A stretch of 64,000 nucleotides of DNA, from assembly GCA_951406725.2 (NCBI GenBank), contig OX597816.1, forward strand, positions 42,532,001 through 42,596,000. Direction: 5' to 3'. The translations under genes were made by a program, and so were the position numbers. Below the pieces are notes generated by a model, which did not search any database, was not told the DNA's origin, and worked only from the letters and a program-made list of their open reading frames with translations. The DNA comes from Octopus vulgaris (Eukaryota). Below, one piece after another: positions 29,575 to 44,128 of the stretch (position 1 is the first letter of the stretch; each line of letters starts with the position of its first letter).

Positions 29575-30897
29575 ATTTATGTGTTTGTGTGCTTGTGTGA
29601 GTATGAGTGCTTGTGTGAGTTACCCGGCGTTGCCCGAGTTAAATAAATTGAAGAATTAGACTTTTATGTTATATTTTCTGTAATGAACTGGAATACCTAT
29701 GTTTCGAATTTCATCAAAATTGCAGATTAGGGTTATTTCCCTCTTTACACAGCCAAACAATTGTAATCGTGCCACATGTATCCCATACTGCTGATTTTTA
29801 TGCGCATATTCCCAAATTCCAGTCTAATAGAACATGTTAAAAGGATTTTGGTCCTCAAAAATGGAGGTCATGCAGCTCTAAAATGTGAGAGTTAAGGCCC
29901 CTGTTGGGGTGGGCATCTTTATGTCAACCAGAGAATTTGAATTGTTGGGAATCTGTTTAACTTGGGTCTTATATCTATTGTTTGAATTTCTTTCTAATAG
30001 GAAGTATATGTTCACTGGGTTTGTAAAAGAGAGCAAAGCCACAGGAAATCAAAAGACGAATGATCACAATAAGCAGTCAGTTACGCTACCCTTGTCGTTA
30101 CCACTCCCAATGTAGTATTCTTCACCGTCCAGGTGACAGGCACAATCGTAAGAAGCATTACGGATCTATAGCAATTAGAAGGGCGTGACCCAACTGAAAT
30201 AAACATTAACAACTGTGTGACGTGAGGGCTAAGGAGAAATGAAAGCTGGATTTTGCAAATGACCACTATACTGATACGTAACTGGACAGAATAAATTTAC
30301 AATCTATAACTGTCTCTGAATAACCAGTCACTCATCTTGGAAGGCCTTGAAATCAATGTTACCCTCTGGGGAATATGTGTGACCCAGGGATAATAAAAGA
30401 AACTGAAAGGATGTCTGGAATCAAATAACTTTACTCAACAATGAATCAGTGGAGGCAAAGATGCTTCTTATTTACTTGACAATTTATGCAGCACGTTGCA
30501 GAAAACACAATCTAAGTGTATGTCAAAGCAAACTCTTACACTGTCGTACCATTGAATTACAAATAATGCTCAACTTTTATGCTCGGGTGACCCTACAGCT
30601 TCCAAGAGCACAACTGAATTCATTTTTGCTTAGATGCAATTACAAAATTGTGGGTGTTAAGTTTCCATGGAGGGGTCTTTCTAACTTGTAAGATGAAATT
30701 TTCTAAATATTACTTCATTTGTGTCTAATATCTATGGTTAAAATTTCATCAACAGCAAATATATATGAATTGTCATGGGGGTTATGGCCCTTATGCATAG
30801 AATATAATTTCATATAACTCCATTCAGTACTTTTGACGTAGTTTTGGATCATAAAATAAATGACTAAAATTAGGGAGTTAAGGCTCCCATTAAGGTG

Positions 30898-30899
<2 letters not shown>

Positions 30900-30932
<33 letters not shown>

Positions 30933-32441
30933 TGAGAATGTGTGTCTGTCTGTCTGTCTGTTTGTGTGTTTCCCTAAAACTTGAGAACTACACAACCAAT
31001 TTCATTCAAATTTTACACATACCTTACTTAGGGTACATGTAGTTTCATGGGAAAAACAAATGTTCAACTTCTTACCTAGAGCGAGCCCATAACAATATCA
31101 TATATTCTCCACTATTTCAGTATTACGTGTTAAAAGTGAAACAAAAACATTTCTCTATTTTATGTCAGATGCTTTCACTTTAACGATAAAAATAATAATA
31201 ACAATTGAATTATATGTAGTAAGTAATAATCAAACTAAAGTATATTATCGCAAGATAACAAAAGTAAAAATGGCAATTGGTATAAAATTGCATCAATGAC
31301 TTGAACTTGAATCAGTGGTTTCACATGAATGGGAATAAATAAATACGGCTTTTACATTAGATTATTTGCTAATTATCTAGCATTAAGTATCTATTTGACG
31401 TTTGGCTGTATGGAATGTCTGTTTTCTCGAAAGATGCTTAACTGAGTACCGCTGTTGGTTTATTTCTGATCCTTAAAGGCCTATAGCTTCAACAGAGTAC
31501 TGCTTTTTGGTTTACCGTAGGGTTTGTTGCTATCATTATTTCTGTTTAACTATTGTCATCACGTTTGTTGGTTCCTCGTAAGGGAAGCGTTGTTGTATTG
31601 CATTTGTTAAATAATTGTAAACCGTAACCCTCCCCCTTTGGGAGAAGGAGCTTTGGTTATTGTTTAAAAATTGAATTGTGTCCCTGTTTGGGGAAATTGA
31701 CAATATTTTCACCGTTTACACGGAAGCATTTTTGTTAAAATGTCTTCGACAGGACAAAGTCCAAAGATGAATTTCACTGCAGCCGTTGGCGGGCGCGAAC
31801 TCATTGAAATTAAAATGGAAGAAATACGGATTTATCACCGACAAAGACGGTGAATCTAGGATAACACCACCAAACGAAATAAAAATTTAAATCAAAGAAA
31901 ATACTATTGTCTTTAAAGTATGCAAGTAGAGGGAAAAAAGATTTGAACACCTGGAGGAAAGCACCATCGAAAATTGTGTTGGTGCGACTATGAAATATAT
32001 CAAGTATCTAACCAGAGGCAGTAAATTCGCCACAATAGAAGCAAGGTTCGAGTCAATAGAGCGTGCAAGGGAGTACTCGACTCAATCCTTGCAAAGTGGA
32101 AATATTTTATTATTACCTTTTGTATCTGGGACGCAGGACGTCCCGGATAAACATTAAAAATGTCCCCCCAAAAGTAGAGGTAGGCTGGATTGTAGCCACA
32201 CTTCTATACAAGAGAGAGGACAAGATACAATTGATCGAAATTGCAAGAGACGGGCCTACAATTCCAGTCTGTTATATATTTTCAGTATTGTTATCACTAG
32301 CGATATCAAGATATAAGTTTGTATTTTGTATTTTATGTGTAGATATATATAGAGAGATGTAAATGTAATATGTACACATATATATACACATATATACATG
32401 CACTAGCACTATAACCCGGCAACGACGGGTCATAATGCTAG
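30900..32441 (+). mobile_element. Non-autonomous Helitron-like element
   Basis: The 5' end TATATATAAACCTGAGAATGTGTGTCTGTCTGTCTG resembles animal non-autonomous Helitrons. The 3' end has a hairpin CCCGGCAACGACGGG followed by CTAG|T. Whether both ends belong to one insertion is inferred. Confidence 0.55.
31740..32260 (+). pseudogene. Fragment resembling a LINE ORF1 (RRM-like, Tx1/L1-type)
   Basis: Broken frames ...KYIKYLTRGSKFATIEARFESIERAREYSTQSL... and YLGRRTSRINIKNVPPKVEVGWIVATLL resemble ORF1 RRM segments. Confidence 0.4.
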
Positions 32442-32459
32442 TATATATATGTGTGTGTG

Positions 32460-32505
<46 letters not shown>

Positions 32506-32859
32506 TAGATGCACACACACACATACAAAGGTAAATTGATAGATACAACTGATTGGGCAAACAAAAATGAGACACACCCTAGTGCTTTTTTTATGTAGAT
32601 AAGCCTGGTATTTATTCTATTAGTTTGTTCTTGTGTAAAACCAGTAAGTTATGTGGATGTAAAGAAATGAGCAGCAGTTGTGAAGCAGTGATGAAACACA
32701 GTGACAATGACACACACATGCACATACATATATATACGATTGATTTGTTTCAGTTCCTGTCTACGAAATCCATATATATTATTGTTGGCATCCTTTTTGT
32801 GTCGGGAGACAATGGAGTTGCGCATAAAATAGTCTAGTCCGGCTTTTATATTTCATGAC

Positions 32860-34455
32860 AGAAGTCGTGGGATTGAAATTATGAAACAGGCCGAGGCTGG
32901 GTTATCAGCAATTGATAACTCGAAGCTACCAGGTAACTATAAAATTTGGTGCTTGCAGTTCGGATTGTAGCCACAACTAGCCTGTCCACTTTTAATATAC
33001 AAGGTAGCATTGTCACGAGTTGAAATCATTGAACAAAAATGTAATGTGTTCATTAGAAAGTGGCTAGGCCTACCTCGTATGGTGAACAGTTCAGCTCTTC
33101 ATCGTAAAAGAGGTTCGTTGAAGCTACCATTAGCGTCAATAGTCGAAATATATAAGCTGGGGAAGATACGGACGGTCATGATGCTGAGAGAATCGAAGGA
33201 TATGGAAATCAGGCGTAACCCACCAGAGGTGAAAACAGCCAGAAAGTGGAAAGCAGAAGCAGAAACTGACGACATCTTGTCTTCTCTTATACACAGAGAT
33301 ATGGTGGGAGCAACGTAGGACCATCGGAAATGACTTGGTTTTGGCACAGATCAGTTCAGCATGATGCGGAGGGAACGCAGATCTGTTGTTAGCAACAACG
33401 TCAAAACAAGAGAAACGGAGAGAAGGGAGCTTCATTTGATCCGATGTTTTCATCAAGGTCAGATGACGAGATGGGAAGAACATGTTGTTGAGAGGAAGAT
33501 AAGTTGGGATGAGATATGGAAGTGGACGACATCTCGGCTGAGTTTCCTGATTCGTTCATTTTATGATGTGTTGCCATCACCTACGAATCTAGTAAGATGG
33601 AACGTCACAGAGAATGACATCTGCAAATGTGGAAAGGTCGGTACACTGAAACATATTCTTTCCAACTGTTCATTAGCATTGGACAGGTATACATGGAGAC
33701 ACAACTTGGTCCTTAAGGTTATCTTCAATGCTATAAAGAACCAAATTCATCTCAACAACACTGAGAAAATCCGTTAAAAGTACCATCTAGAGATTTCGCT
33801 ACCTTCGTGCGACCAGGTCAGCGGATCCGTTTCAAGAAGAACATCAAGAAACGTCCTGTGAGAAATGAAAATTGGAACGGCTATTAGGAGGTAACTGCAG
33901 ATTTACCTAGGTGCCAGGTAAACAGATGTTTTAATGTGGTGTGAAAGAAGGAAAGTTGTAAATATAGTCGAGCTAACGGTTCCTCATGAAGATAATATGG
34001 ACGCCGCTGGGGCTCGAAAATTTAACCATTATGTAAACCTCCTCGAGGAATGTGAAAACGCAGGCTGGAAAGCGGAACATTTTCCAATCGAAGTCGTATG
34101 TAGAGGGTTCTTTGGACACAGTGTGAGATGACTCTTGTTATCGCTAGGCCTAACTCATCGTAAAGTCAATACCACCATGACCGATATCCAATCTACTGTG
34201 GAGAAGGCTAGCCATGGATTTGGTTAAAAAAAGACGATGAGCGATAGCTAGAAGGATATTGAGCTTTATTTGATAACCAGCTGATCTAGCAAACGGGGTC
34301 TCATATCAGTGAGGGGGGCCGGTGCGCATTGATGCCGTCGAGAGGTAGGCCCCGAAACGGCGCGCATTCTCTCCTGATGACCCAATACACTCGCTGGCTT
34401 CCGGTATATGGAGTTATTGACTGGTAGCACTTGCATGTGCAAGTTGTTTGCAAGA
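32860..34455 (+). mobile_element. 5'-truncated HERO-like (RLE-type) non-LTR retrotransposon with 3' UTR
   Basis: SKLPGNYKIWCLQFG, IRKWLGLPR, LSFLIRSFYDVLPSPTNLVRW, CKCGKVGTLKHILSNC, RYTWRHNLVL, IVELTVPHED and PIEVVCRGF cover RT thumb, CCHC and RLE motifs. In-frame stops are present. Confidence 0.88.
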
Positions 34456-34472
34456 CATATATACACCCATAA

Positions 34473-34556
<84 letters not shown>

Positions 34557-34611
34557 GCACATACATAGATATATGTATCCGTGTGAATGTGTGTATATAT
34601 ACTCTTTTTAA

Positions 34612-34943
34612 TATTTTACTTGTTTCAGTCATTCGACTGCGACCATACTGGAGCACCGCATTTAGTCGAGCAAATCGCCCCCCAGGACTTATTCTTTGTA
34701 AGCCTAGTACTTCTTCTATCGGTTTCTTTTGCCGAATCACTAAGTTACGGGTACGCAAACATACACATATATATACACATACAGATGTACGACGAGCGTC
34801 TTTCAGTATCCGTCTACCATATCCACTCACAAGGCTTTGGTCATTCCGATGCTATATTAGAAGACACTTGCTCAAGGTGCCACGCAGTGGGACTGAACTC
34901 GGTATCATGTGGTTGGTAAACAAGCTACTTACCACGCAGCCAT
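34612..34943 (-). mobile_element. SINE family A
   Basis: Homologous to 12775-13173. Confidence 0.85.
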
Positions 34944-35724
34944 GTAAGTATGTTTTTATGTGTGTGTGTATGTATGTAAGTATGTATTATGTGTGCATGT
35001 AATCTAGTTTGGACTGCATGCTATTATATTAATATAAATTCATCCCGTTATTTCTTGGTTCAGAATTTTGAAGTCTTTGTCAGGCATTATGTGAATAAAT
35101 CGTCTGTCTCTCTCCATTCTGTGCGTATGTGTATGTGTGTTTGTGTGTGTGTGTGTGCATCTGCTTGTATGTGTATATGCGTTTATGTGTCCGTGTACGT
35201 GTATATCTATGTGATTTTTGGGTTATTGTTAGCCGTTGATTTTCGTTGCGAAATATTCAAGGATTGATTTGTTCCGGCTTCCTTTTGTTGTGCTGTTTTT
35301 TTATTTAATAAGATATTCAAACATAACGAAAATTATTGCTTGGTTAGATATAATAGAAGTTAAAAACTCATATATTTCTAAATGTTTAAAATCGTACAAA
35401 AAACAACAATTACGAAAGAAAGAAATATTGAACCAAAAATCGATCATTAATTAAATCTGCAGTAAAAGGAGATAAATAAATGTACTGAATAAGAGTTGAA
35501 ACAAACCAAATTTTATGCGCTCTCATATCCGTCGTTATAATTTGAAATACAATGAATACTGAACGGAGAAAAATAGCAAAAATGAGTGTTGCTAATGCGA
35601 GATGAAAGGGAGAAGATCAAAATAACTAAAGTCAAATGATATTAACAATCTCATAGACACACACACGCATATACAAATACACTTATACAAGCAAACACAT
35701 GTGTACGTATACATATATATATAC

Positions 35725-35769
<45 letters not shown>

Positions 35770-35783
35770 TGTGTGTATGTGTA

Positions 35784-35814
<31 letters not shown>

Positions 35815-36564
35815 ATATATATGTATATATATATATAAAGAGATATAAAGATATAAGCGTATATGTGTGTTTTGTGCTGCAAACACGAAAGTAGAACTCA
35901 CAACAAGTATAAGTATTTTTTTGTTAATAATTTGCAGAAGTTACAGAGTGACTCAAGGGCCTAGTTGTATTGGCACTTATTATGTATTGGCACTTATCAA
36001 TCTGGCTTCAAATCAATGGGGCATAAATTTATTTATCGGTGAAAATTTTATTTCACTGGATTGTTCTGGAACAAATTATAAAAACAATTAGAATGTCACG
36101 AGAATATTTTTAAACTGTTTTTCCCCGTTACACGGCTCAATAGATTATTAAGTAAACAAATAACGAAACAAAACTGGGAAAACTAAGAATATATGACTGC
36201 ATACTTGCTAACAGACGGGTGTGCGTGAAAGTGTTATGATGCGGTGTTACCCTTCATGGGTTTAAGTTATTGATAATTATATAACTTAGATATATTTTGG
36301 CTAAAGATTGACCCAGCCCTTTATATGACAATAGCTCCTACCAGTCAGATTCAATGTTTTAAAAAGTTACTTGTTTGCTTCTAGTAAATATAGGAGAATC
36401 ATTAAGAAAGAAAAAAATATTAGGATCTGTCTTTTATTAAAGTTGATAACATTGCAGCTATTTACTGTTTTAGGATCTATAAATATTGCCGTCCCACAAA
36501 TATTAATTTTGTTAAATCCAATCAGGGGTGTTATTCAAGTACATTCAATTTGTTAACTTTCAAT

Positions 36565-37579
36565 TGCTCAATACCACAGATTTGCTTGTCAGTTGTTTGA
36601 CCTTAACCAGTTGAGTATGTCCCTTAGTGGCTGACGATATGTGCATCTCTGATCACGAGCAGAAGTAGTGGGGGAGCATCATAGCCGTGTGTTGAGAGGG
36701 ATTCTTTGGGGTTTGAATAATTCACCTCTGGAAACATGGGAGTTTCGTTCAACATCCTTAAACAACCCTTATTCAGGGACCTTTCGAGTGGGATGGGTTA
36801 CTCGACCTGAAGAAAATTCTAACTGGGCCCCACCTGCAGGGTCATGTGCTGTTTATCTTGATATGAGATCACCATGTCACGCACACATGGTCGTGATGCA
36901 TGTGCCTAGTGTACCCTTATCAGACGGGTAGTCATGATGGGTATACTGGGCTTCGTATATTTTACCTCAGTGTCACTTTGATGGCATGCACTGCTCTCTC
37001 ACTCAATAATAATAATGATAATAATAATAATGGCCTGGTGCAGTACCAGTCAGTGGCTTCTGATCTTAACTGATTGGAAGTGTTATCATGTACATTGTTT
37101 TGTCTTGGTATAACAGATGCGCTACAGCAAATATTCTGCTCAATATCACAGATTTGCTTGTCAGTTGTTTGACCGTAACCAGTTGACCATGTCCCTTAGT
37201 GGCTGCTGACGATATGTGCATCTCTGATCACGAGCAGAAGTAGTTGGGGATCACCATAGCCATGTGTTGAGAGGGATTGTTTGGGGTTTGAACAATTGAC
37301 GTCCGGAAACATGGGTGTTTTCTTCAATATCCTTAAAGAACCCTTATTCAGGGACATTTTGAGCGGGATAGATAACACGACCAGAAGATTCTAACTGGGC
37401 CCGCCCCCTGCAAGATCATCTGATGTTTATCTTGATATGAGATCACCATGTCGCGCACATATGGTTGTGATGCATGTACTAGTGTACCCTTATCAGACGG
37501 GTAGTCATAATAGGTATAGTGGGCTTCGTATATTTTACCCCAGTGTCACTTTGACGGCATGCCCTGCTTGCTCACTCAA

Positions 37580-37580
<1 letters not shown>
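36565..37580 (+). repeat. Two diverged tandem copies (~440 and ~540 bp) of an interspersed repeat, each ending in (AAT)n
   Basis: GCTCAATA(C/T)CACAGATTTGCTTGTCAGTTG ... CTCACTCAATAAT occurs at ~36566-37010 and ~37137-37582. The orientation of the element is not established. Confidence 0.8.
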
Positions 37581-37903
<323 letters not shown>

Positions 37904-38931
37904 GACTATAAAGATGTAAAGGATGCAAAGTATGAAAGCGAATACTCTCAAAGCGAACGGAATAGATGCAACTACAACTTTAATACACGATTTCGTTTTA
38001 CTTTCACGTTTCTTACTTAACAGAAAATATCACATCCTTATCTGATTATCAACGCATCATACTTTATTCTCTTAGATACTTACGTTCTTTTCCTTTTCCT
38101 TTGTATCATCAAAGTATCGTAACAGTTCAAATCACGAAAGAGTAATGAAAAGAAAAACTACACATAAATTCAGATTAAGATATATCCTTTCACATATACA
38201 GAAACCCTATGAAGTATTCATAGCCTGAGTACGACGGTCTTTGAAATGTGATCTCATTGAAAACAAATATATTCTCCTTTAACTATTTTCAAAGGTACTT
38301 CTGTATTGCCTGTGGTAAAAATATTGCTTTTGTTTTGAGCATGTGATCTCTCCATATAAACAAGTATCTCAAAAATATTAGTATTGCTATGAACTCAATA
38401 TTGAGGCCTGATGTTCCATGCTTAATTGATATGCAAATGAAAAGAAAGTCTAGAAGACGCAAAATAACATGTTACATTATAATGTATCTGCGCAGTTAGT
38501 TACAACGACAATAAGGACGAAAACAGTCATGGCGTTAATTCTTAATTCGAAGGTTATTATCTAATGATATATTTGTAGCTTTAACACCAAAGTCAGTGTT
38601 CTTCTTTTGTTATATGTATACTCGCTATAGTTCGACGTAGAATAACTACGCTGGTTAGGATGATTACAGATAAATGAGTACGTCTTCATTTTTTTTTCAG
38701 CGTAATGAAATTTGTGAGTTTAACTTACGAAAGTATGCATTTTACTGCCATGAAACGTTATCTAAAAATTGATAAATGCTTTTTAATGTATACGAATACA
38801 TATCACGCTAAATAAGTAAAATTAAAAGTATGAAAACTTTAATGGACAGTTGTGTAAAATACATATACATACACATATATTTACACACATATACCTATAA
38901 TTGCACGCACTATATAAACACAAAGATACAT

Positions 38932-38988
<57 letters not shown>

Positions 38989-41643
38989 TACGATATTCCA
39001 GCGCTAAGCAGTGATGCTTATAAATACAAATTTGCTACCAGCAGATAAATACGCTTGAGACATTTTGGAACCTGTAGGAAATCCATTCACTATACTTTAT
39101 CATAGAGAATATTTCTCACTCTAGACTCAATGCTATAAACGCGCCGAATCGTCTAGCAGTGCCCGCGAGCATTTCTGTTCGATGCATGAAGTTCGTAGTA
39201 GGTAGCTTGTTTTCAGCAACAGAGACCGGAAGCAGACCCTGCGAAATGGCATCAGAGACAGGTCCCTCTTATGGTATTTCCGTATGACAGGTTATACTAT
39301 TTAGCAGCTGACCGTAAACAAGATAGCTTGAGTGGACTAAGCAGAGATATGAATAAAAACGAACCTGTTGCCAATTCAAATATGCTTCAGGATTATTTGA
39401 ATCTGTAAGAATGCCATTCACTGTTTTTTCTCATGGTGAAATTTCTCACTGTAGACCGAAAGTTTTAAACACACCTAGGAAGCCCGGAGAGCCACTACCC
39501 AGCTCATTGCATGCATTTCGCATCGTTATCTCTAGGAGTGCCCAATCATATTTCATAAACCATATCCAATAAAGTTCAAACTTTTGGGAATCGCAAGCCA
39601 TGAACAAAAATTTAGATTGTTCTGATATTTGTAACTGTGTCTATATTCATGTCCTCCAACTTCGATTGATAAAGTAGGCACCAAATATGAAGAAAACTGG
39701 TACTGGGGTTGATATGATATGAATGGCTACTTTCAATGTGGTGTCTCAGCATGACCGTAATCCAACGACTGAAACCAGTAACATGAAGGAATATGTTTTA
39801 CTTGGTACCTAACGATTTCTTTAATTCTGCGATATTTATTGAAGAAAATATTTTTAAAATTTAAATTGATTTAATTTTAGTTTATACACTAGACATTGTA
39901 GCGTATTTAATACAGTACTGAACTCCGGAAACGCTTTAAAATAAACCCTGAGTGTTTGGATTTCAGTGCATCAAATTGCATTGCTCAACATAAAATTGAA
40001 AAGAAAATAAATTAAATTATATTAATTTATTTGGTTAAAACATTGAGGAAAATAAGCTACAAAACAAACCAATAAAATTTGAGGTATTGAAATCAGATCC
40101 TTACAAGTTCTTTATGACAAACAAAGGACACAGTATATATCAAGTTGTAAGGCCGCTATTTACTGCAAACAGAGACTTTCTGCTTTTCCATTTTGGCTAT
40201 AAGTCGTTGGACATCTGGCTGACATGTCCTTATATGTGTACGAAATTACTCTGTCAGCTGTTCTCTATTTCAGAATATTTCATATCTGGAACTTGTTTAC
40301 AAAACTAAATTGCAGACTGTGATTTATGGATTATGTTTAAGCACAATTCCTTCTGTAATTCCATTAGTTTTCTTTGCGGTGCAGATTAATCTACAGCTAG
40401 AAGTTTGAGGCCTGGACAGTCGTCAAAAGTTACATCTACCAGGAATGGATTTACAAGTAAGATGAAACATTTGTATTCTTCAAGTTTGTGTTCTTTTGTT
40501 TCTGTATCATGGATTGTATTGACACTCCTTCTGAGATTGGGAAAGTGGCTGAAGCGTCTTGACAATGCGGCTCTATACAAAGCTGTTATTTGACTCTGAA
40601 CGCTGAAAACTGAGTAAGATCTTAATAAGATCCTTTGCGTATGAAGCTGAGAGTTTGTAGATTATTTTAACATATCAGTAAAGAACATCACATGTAATCA
40701 CGTCCTCATTTTCCAGTTGCACACAACCTCATTTCTTTTTGTTTAAAGCAGGTGATAATAAGCCCGAGCAGGTCCTCTAACCTACTAAAAACGTTGGCGG
40801 TTGAAAACTATCACACGATGCAATAGAATGAATCTTATTATGGAGTAAAATGTATGAACTTTCGGTGTCTTCTTATTTAAATGTAATTCAGTTTCAGGGA
40901 AAGTTACATTATACATTCATACTTGAAGCACGTAGCTCTGACAAGGAGAAAATCTGGAAAAGTGGGATACCTTTTCATTACTATAATTAATACTACAGTT
41001 TTCTTATGATTGCAGGAGATTCATCTGTTACAACACTGATAAAATTATTCAGTGAAATACCAGCAGTTTTGAAGTCCCTGTGAGGCACATTTTTCGTCAA
41101 CACTGCGAGTTTTTTTAATTCAATCAAATCGAAATTTTTTTTCTCTCAAAAGTAACACAGAAGTAAAATAACGAACGAATACTGGCAGATATATGATGTC
41201 TTACATGGAGGTTGATTCATCGGTCGCTTAACAAAATGCAAGGAATAATATGATAAAACTGGCATTAGTCGCTCTATCGGCCGAAATGCAAACTTTTCCA
41301 ATTCTAACTTTAAATTTCTGGTTTCACCTTCATATTTCCGATTTTTTACAATTTGATGATGTCATCAACTGTCTCACTGACACGTTTAAGTAAAAATTGT
41401 ATCCAACATTTACCAGGTAGGCATTCTCAGTTGAAGAACTTGTATTACACTATATTGATGTGTATGAAAAAGTGTGGTTGGGGCTAGACTTATAAGATTA
41501 TCTGTGACGGGTCTCAAACTCGTCTGCGCCCTGCGCAACGTAAATGCTTAGTTTAACTCTCTTACTTATGAGTATATATATTTATATGTATATATAACTA
41601 ATCTATATCTATCTATCTATCTATCTATCTATATCTATATCTA

Positions 41644-41713
<70 letters not shown>

Positions 41714-42392
41714 ATCTGATGATTTTATGTAAGTCTTGCTGACCTTAAATTTCTTCTCTCCGTCCGCCATCGCTCATGTTCTAAGCACCAACGAACAATG
41801 CCTCACTAAGTTTTAGCCTTTTAGTTTAGGATTTTCTCTACTTTATTGCGGTATTAAGAGGAAGGGGCTCCAGCATGAAAGAAAGTAATATATATTATTG
41901 AATTAGTAAAAGCTATGAATATTCTTAGTAGATAATGGAACAATGGCAATTGTGAAAAGAGAAACACACATCAAAGAAGTGACATCAAATAAGTTTCCCT
42001 GTCTATTGTCTTTTTCAAGTATGATATTTTGGTAAAGCATGTAGAAAATGATATTCCACACAAAAACACAAAATGACACAGGATTATACACTTTTATGCA
42101 TTCACCTGGTTACAAAATGCACAGGAAACATGGTAAAATTAAGAGTATAAAACTGAAGAGAAAATGCTGAAATTAAAAAGCATATTACAATTTTATATTT
42201 GGATTTATTTCAAATAGTTAGGGGAAAGTAGTCACTCTTACCTCAAAAGAAAGAAAATCTGTTTCCACGGCAATCCAATAAAGAATAATAAAAATTAATG
42301 CCTATTTTTTTTCATTTCCTCACCCTATAAAATTAAGAGTTCCGAGCCACTTATTTCACGATTCAAAAGTTGACCGACACTGTGTACGTTTC

Positions 42393-42424
<32 letters not shown>

Positions 42425-43043
42425 CATATATATACTAGCAATGCAGCCCGACGTTTTGCGGGTGTTATGACCTGCAGGCACATGTTATTATTTGTTCCTT
42501 TCCCATGGTTAAATCGACACACGAGGAGTATGAAGCAAACAACTCTTCTTTATAAACATGCTTTTCGCTCATTTTTTTTTCATGAAGGAAGCTACAGATT
42601 CCGTTTGCCACATGTAATCATAAGACCGTTGTTGGCGTAGGGCTATACCAGAAAACACTTGCCCAAGGTATTATGCATCTGGTTGAGAAGCAAAATTCTC
42701 TACCACACAACCATTCCAGCACCTATTGTGTGTGCATGTGTATGTTTACATTTGTTGTTTAATCGAGTATTGTGCCCCACTATGTCTCAAATTTAGCAGC
42801 TCATCAAGCAGAGTCCTATAAAATAAATACCAGACAGAAATACGTACTGAGGTCACTATGATGATTTAAATTTTTGAAAGTGATACCCCCATCATGGCGA
42901 CAGTCGACAGACTGAATCTGGTAAGATAATATTTAAATACTAAATGGCTTAAAATTGAAGTTAATGGATTACTAAAAAGATAAAAAAACTTCAAAACATC
43001 GTATTGAACTTCCACCCTATACAATCACACAATACGTACATTT

Positions 43044-43346
43044 TGTTTGTTCCTTCTCGAGCAATGACTGGCTCATAAGTGCCGGTTGCCCGGGTTCCTT
43101 GGCGTATAGGTTCCCCACCTGGACGGGACGCCGGTCCGTCGCAGGTGAGCTGCAAGATGCAGGACGAAAGAGTGATAGAAAGTTGTGGTGAAAGAGTCAG
43201 CAGAAGTTTGCCATTACCTTCTGCCGGAGCCGCGTGGAGCTTAGGTGTTTCGTTCATAAACACACACATCGCCAAGTCTGAGATTCGAACCCGAGATCCC
43301 TCGACCGTGAATCCGCTCTCTAACCGCTAGCCAAGGGGCCTCCACT
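43044..43346 (-). mobile_element. tRNA-derived SINE with 12-bp target-site duplication
   Basis: Reverse complement has A box TGGCTAGCGGTTAGAG and B box GGTTCGAATCT. The body CCTGCGACGGACCGGCGTCCCGTCCAGG is V-SINE-like. TSD ATACGTACATTT is at 43032-43043 and 43347-43358. Confidence 0.85.
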
Positions 43347-43955
43347 ATACGTACATTTCAGTCTTCTTGACTTGCAACAGTTAAGAATTATAATTTGAAT
43401 GCTTAGCAGTAAGAAAGATGGCGAGGTTTCTTAAAAAGATACTGTGCAAAATATTCTGAGAAAAAGTATTATTTTCAACACAACCAAACACACACATACA
43501 CGCACAGGCGTCTCTGTAGTAAATTGAGTAGTAAATAGTAAATAGCAGCCAACAGTATTTCAGGAAAATCAATTGGTATGATGTTATGAGTCTGGCGGCT
43601 GTTTCTGTGAGACTCGAAACTACTCCATAAAATTGGCAGATTTAATTCACAAAAATAAGCAACCAATAACGGTAGCAAATAAACATTGGATTAATCCAGA
43701 ATCCGTCTTTAGAATGGATGTATATATATATATATATACACACATAAATGTCATCTATCACTGCTGCCACTCCAGCTGTCAGCCCTAAAGAATACTGCCT
43801 CATCCAGGTTTAGCGTTATTGTTTAAAATTCCTTTCTGTTACTTATTACTTTATTTACAGGAAGAGCCTCTGTCATGAAAAAAATAAATAAAGTATTGGA
43901 TTAATAAACGATATCAATATTATTCTAAGCAGATACTATATATATATATTATATT

Positions 43956-44051
<96 letters not shown>

Positions 44052-44077
44052 TACATCTACATACATACACACTAATA

Positions 44078-44128
<51 letters not shown>

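Noticed and set aside
29620-30900. Second, minus-strand Helitron-like element
   Set aside because: Only the hairpin CCCGGCGTTGCCCGAG is visible. The CTAG end and a 5' end could not be defined.
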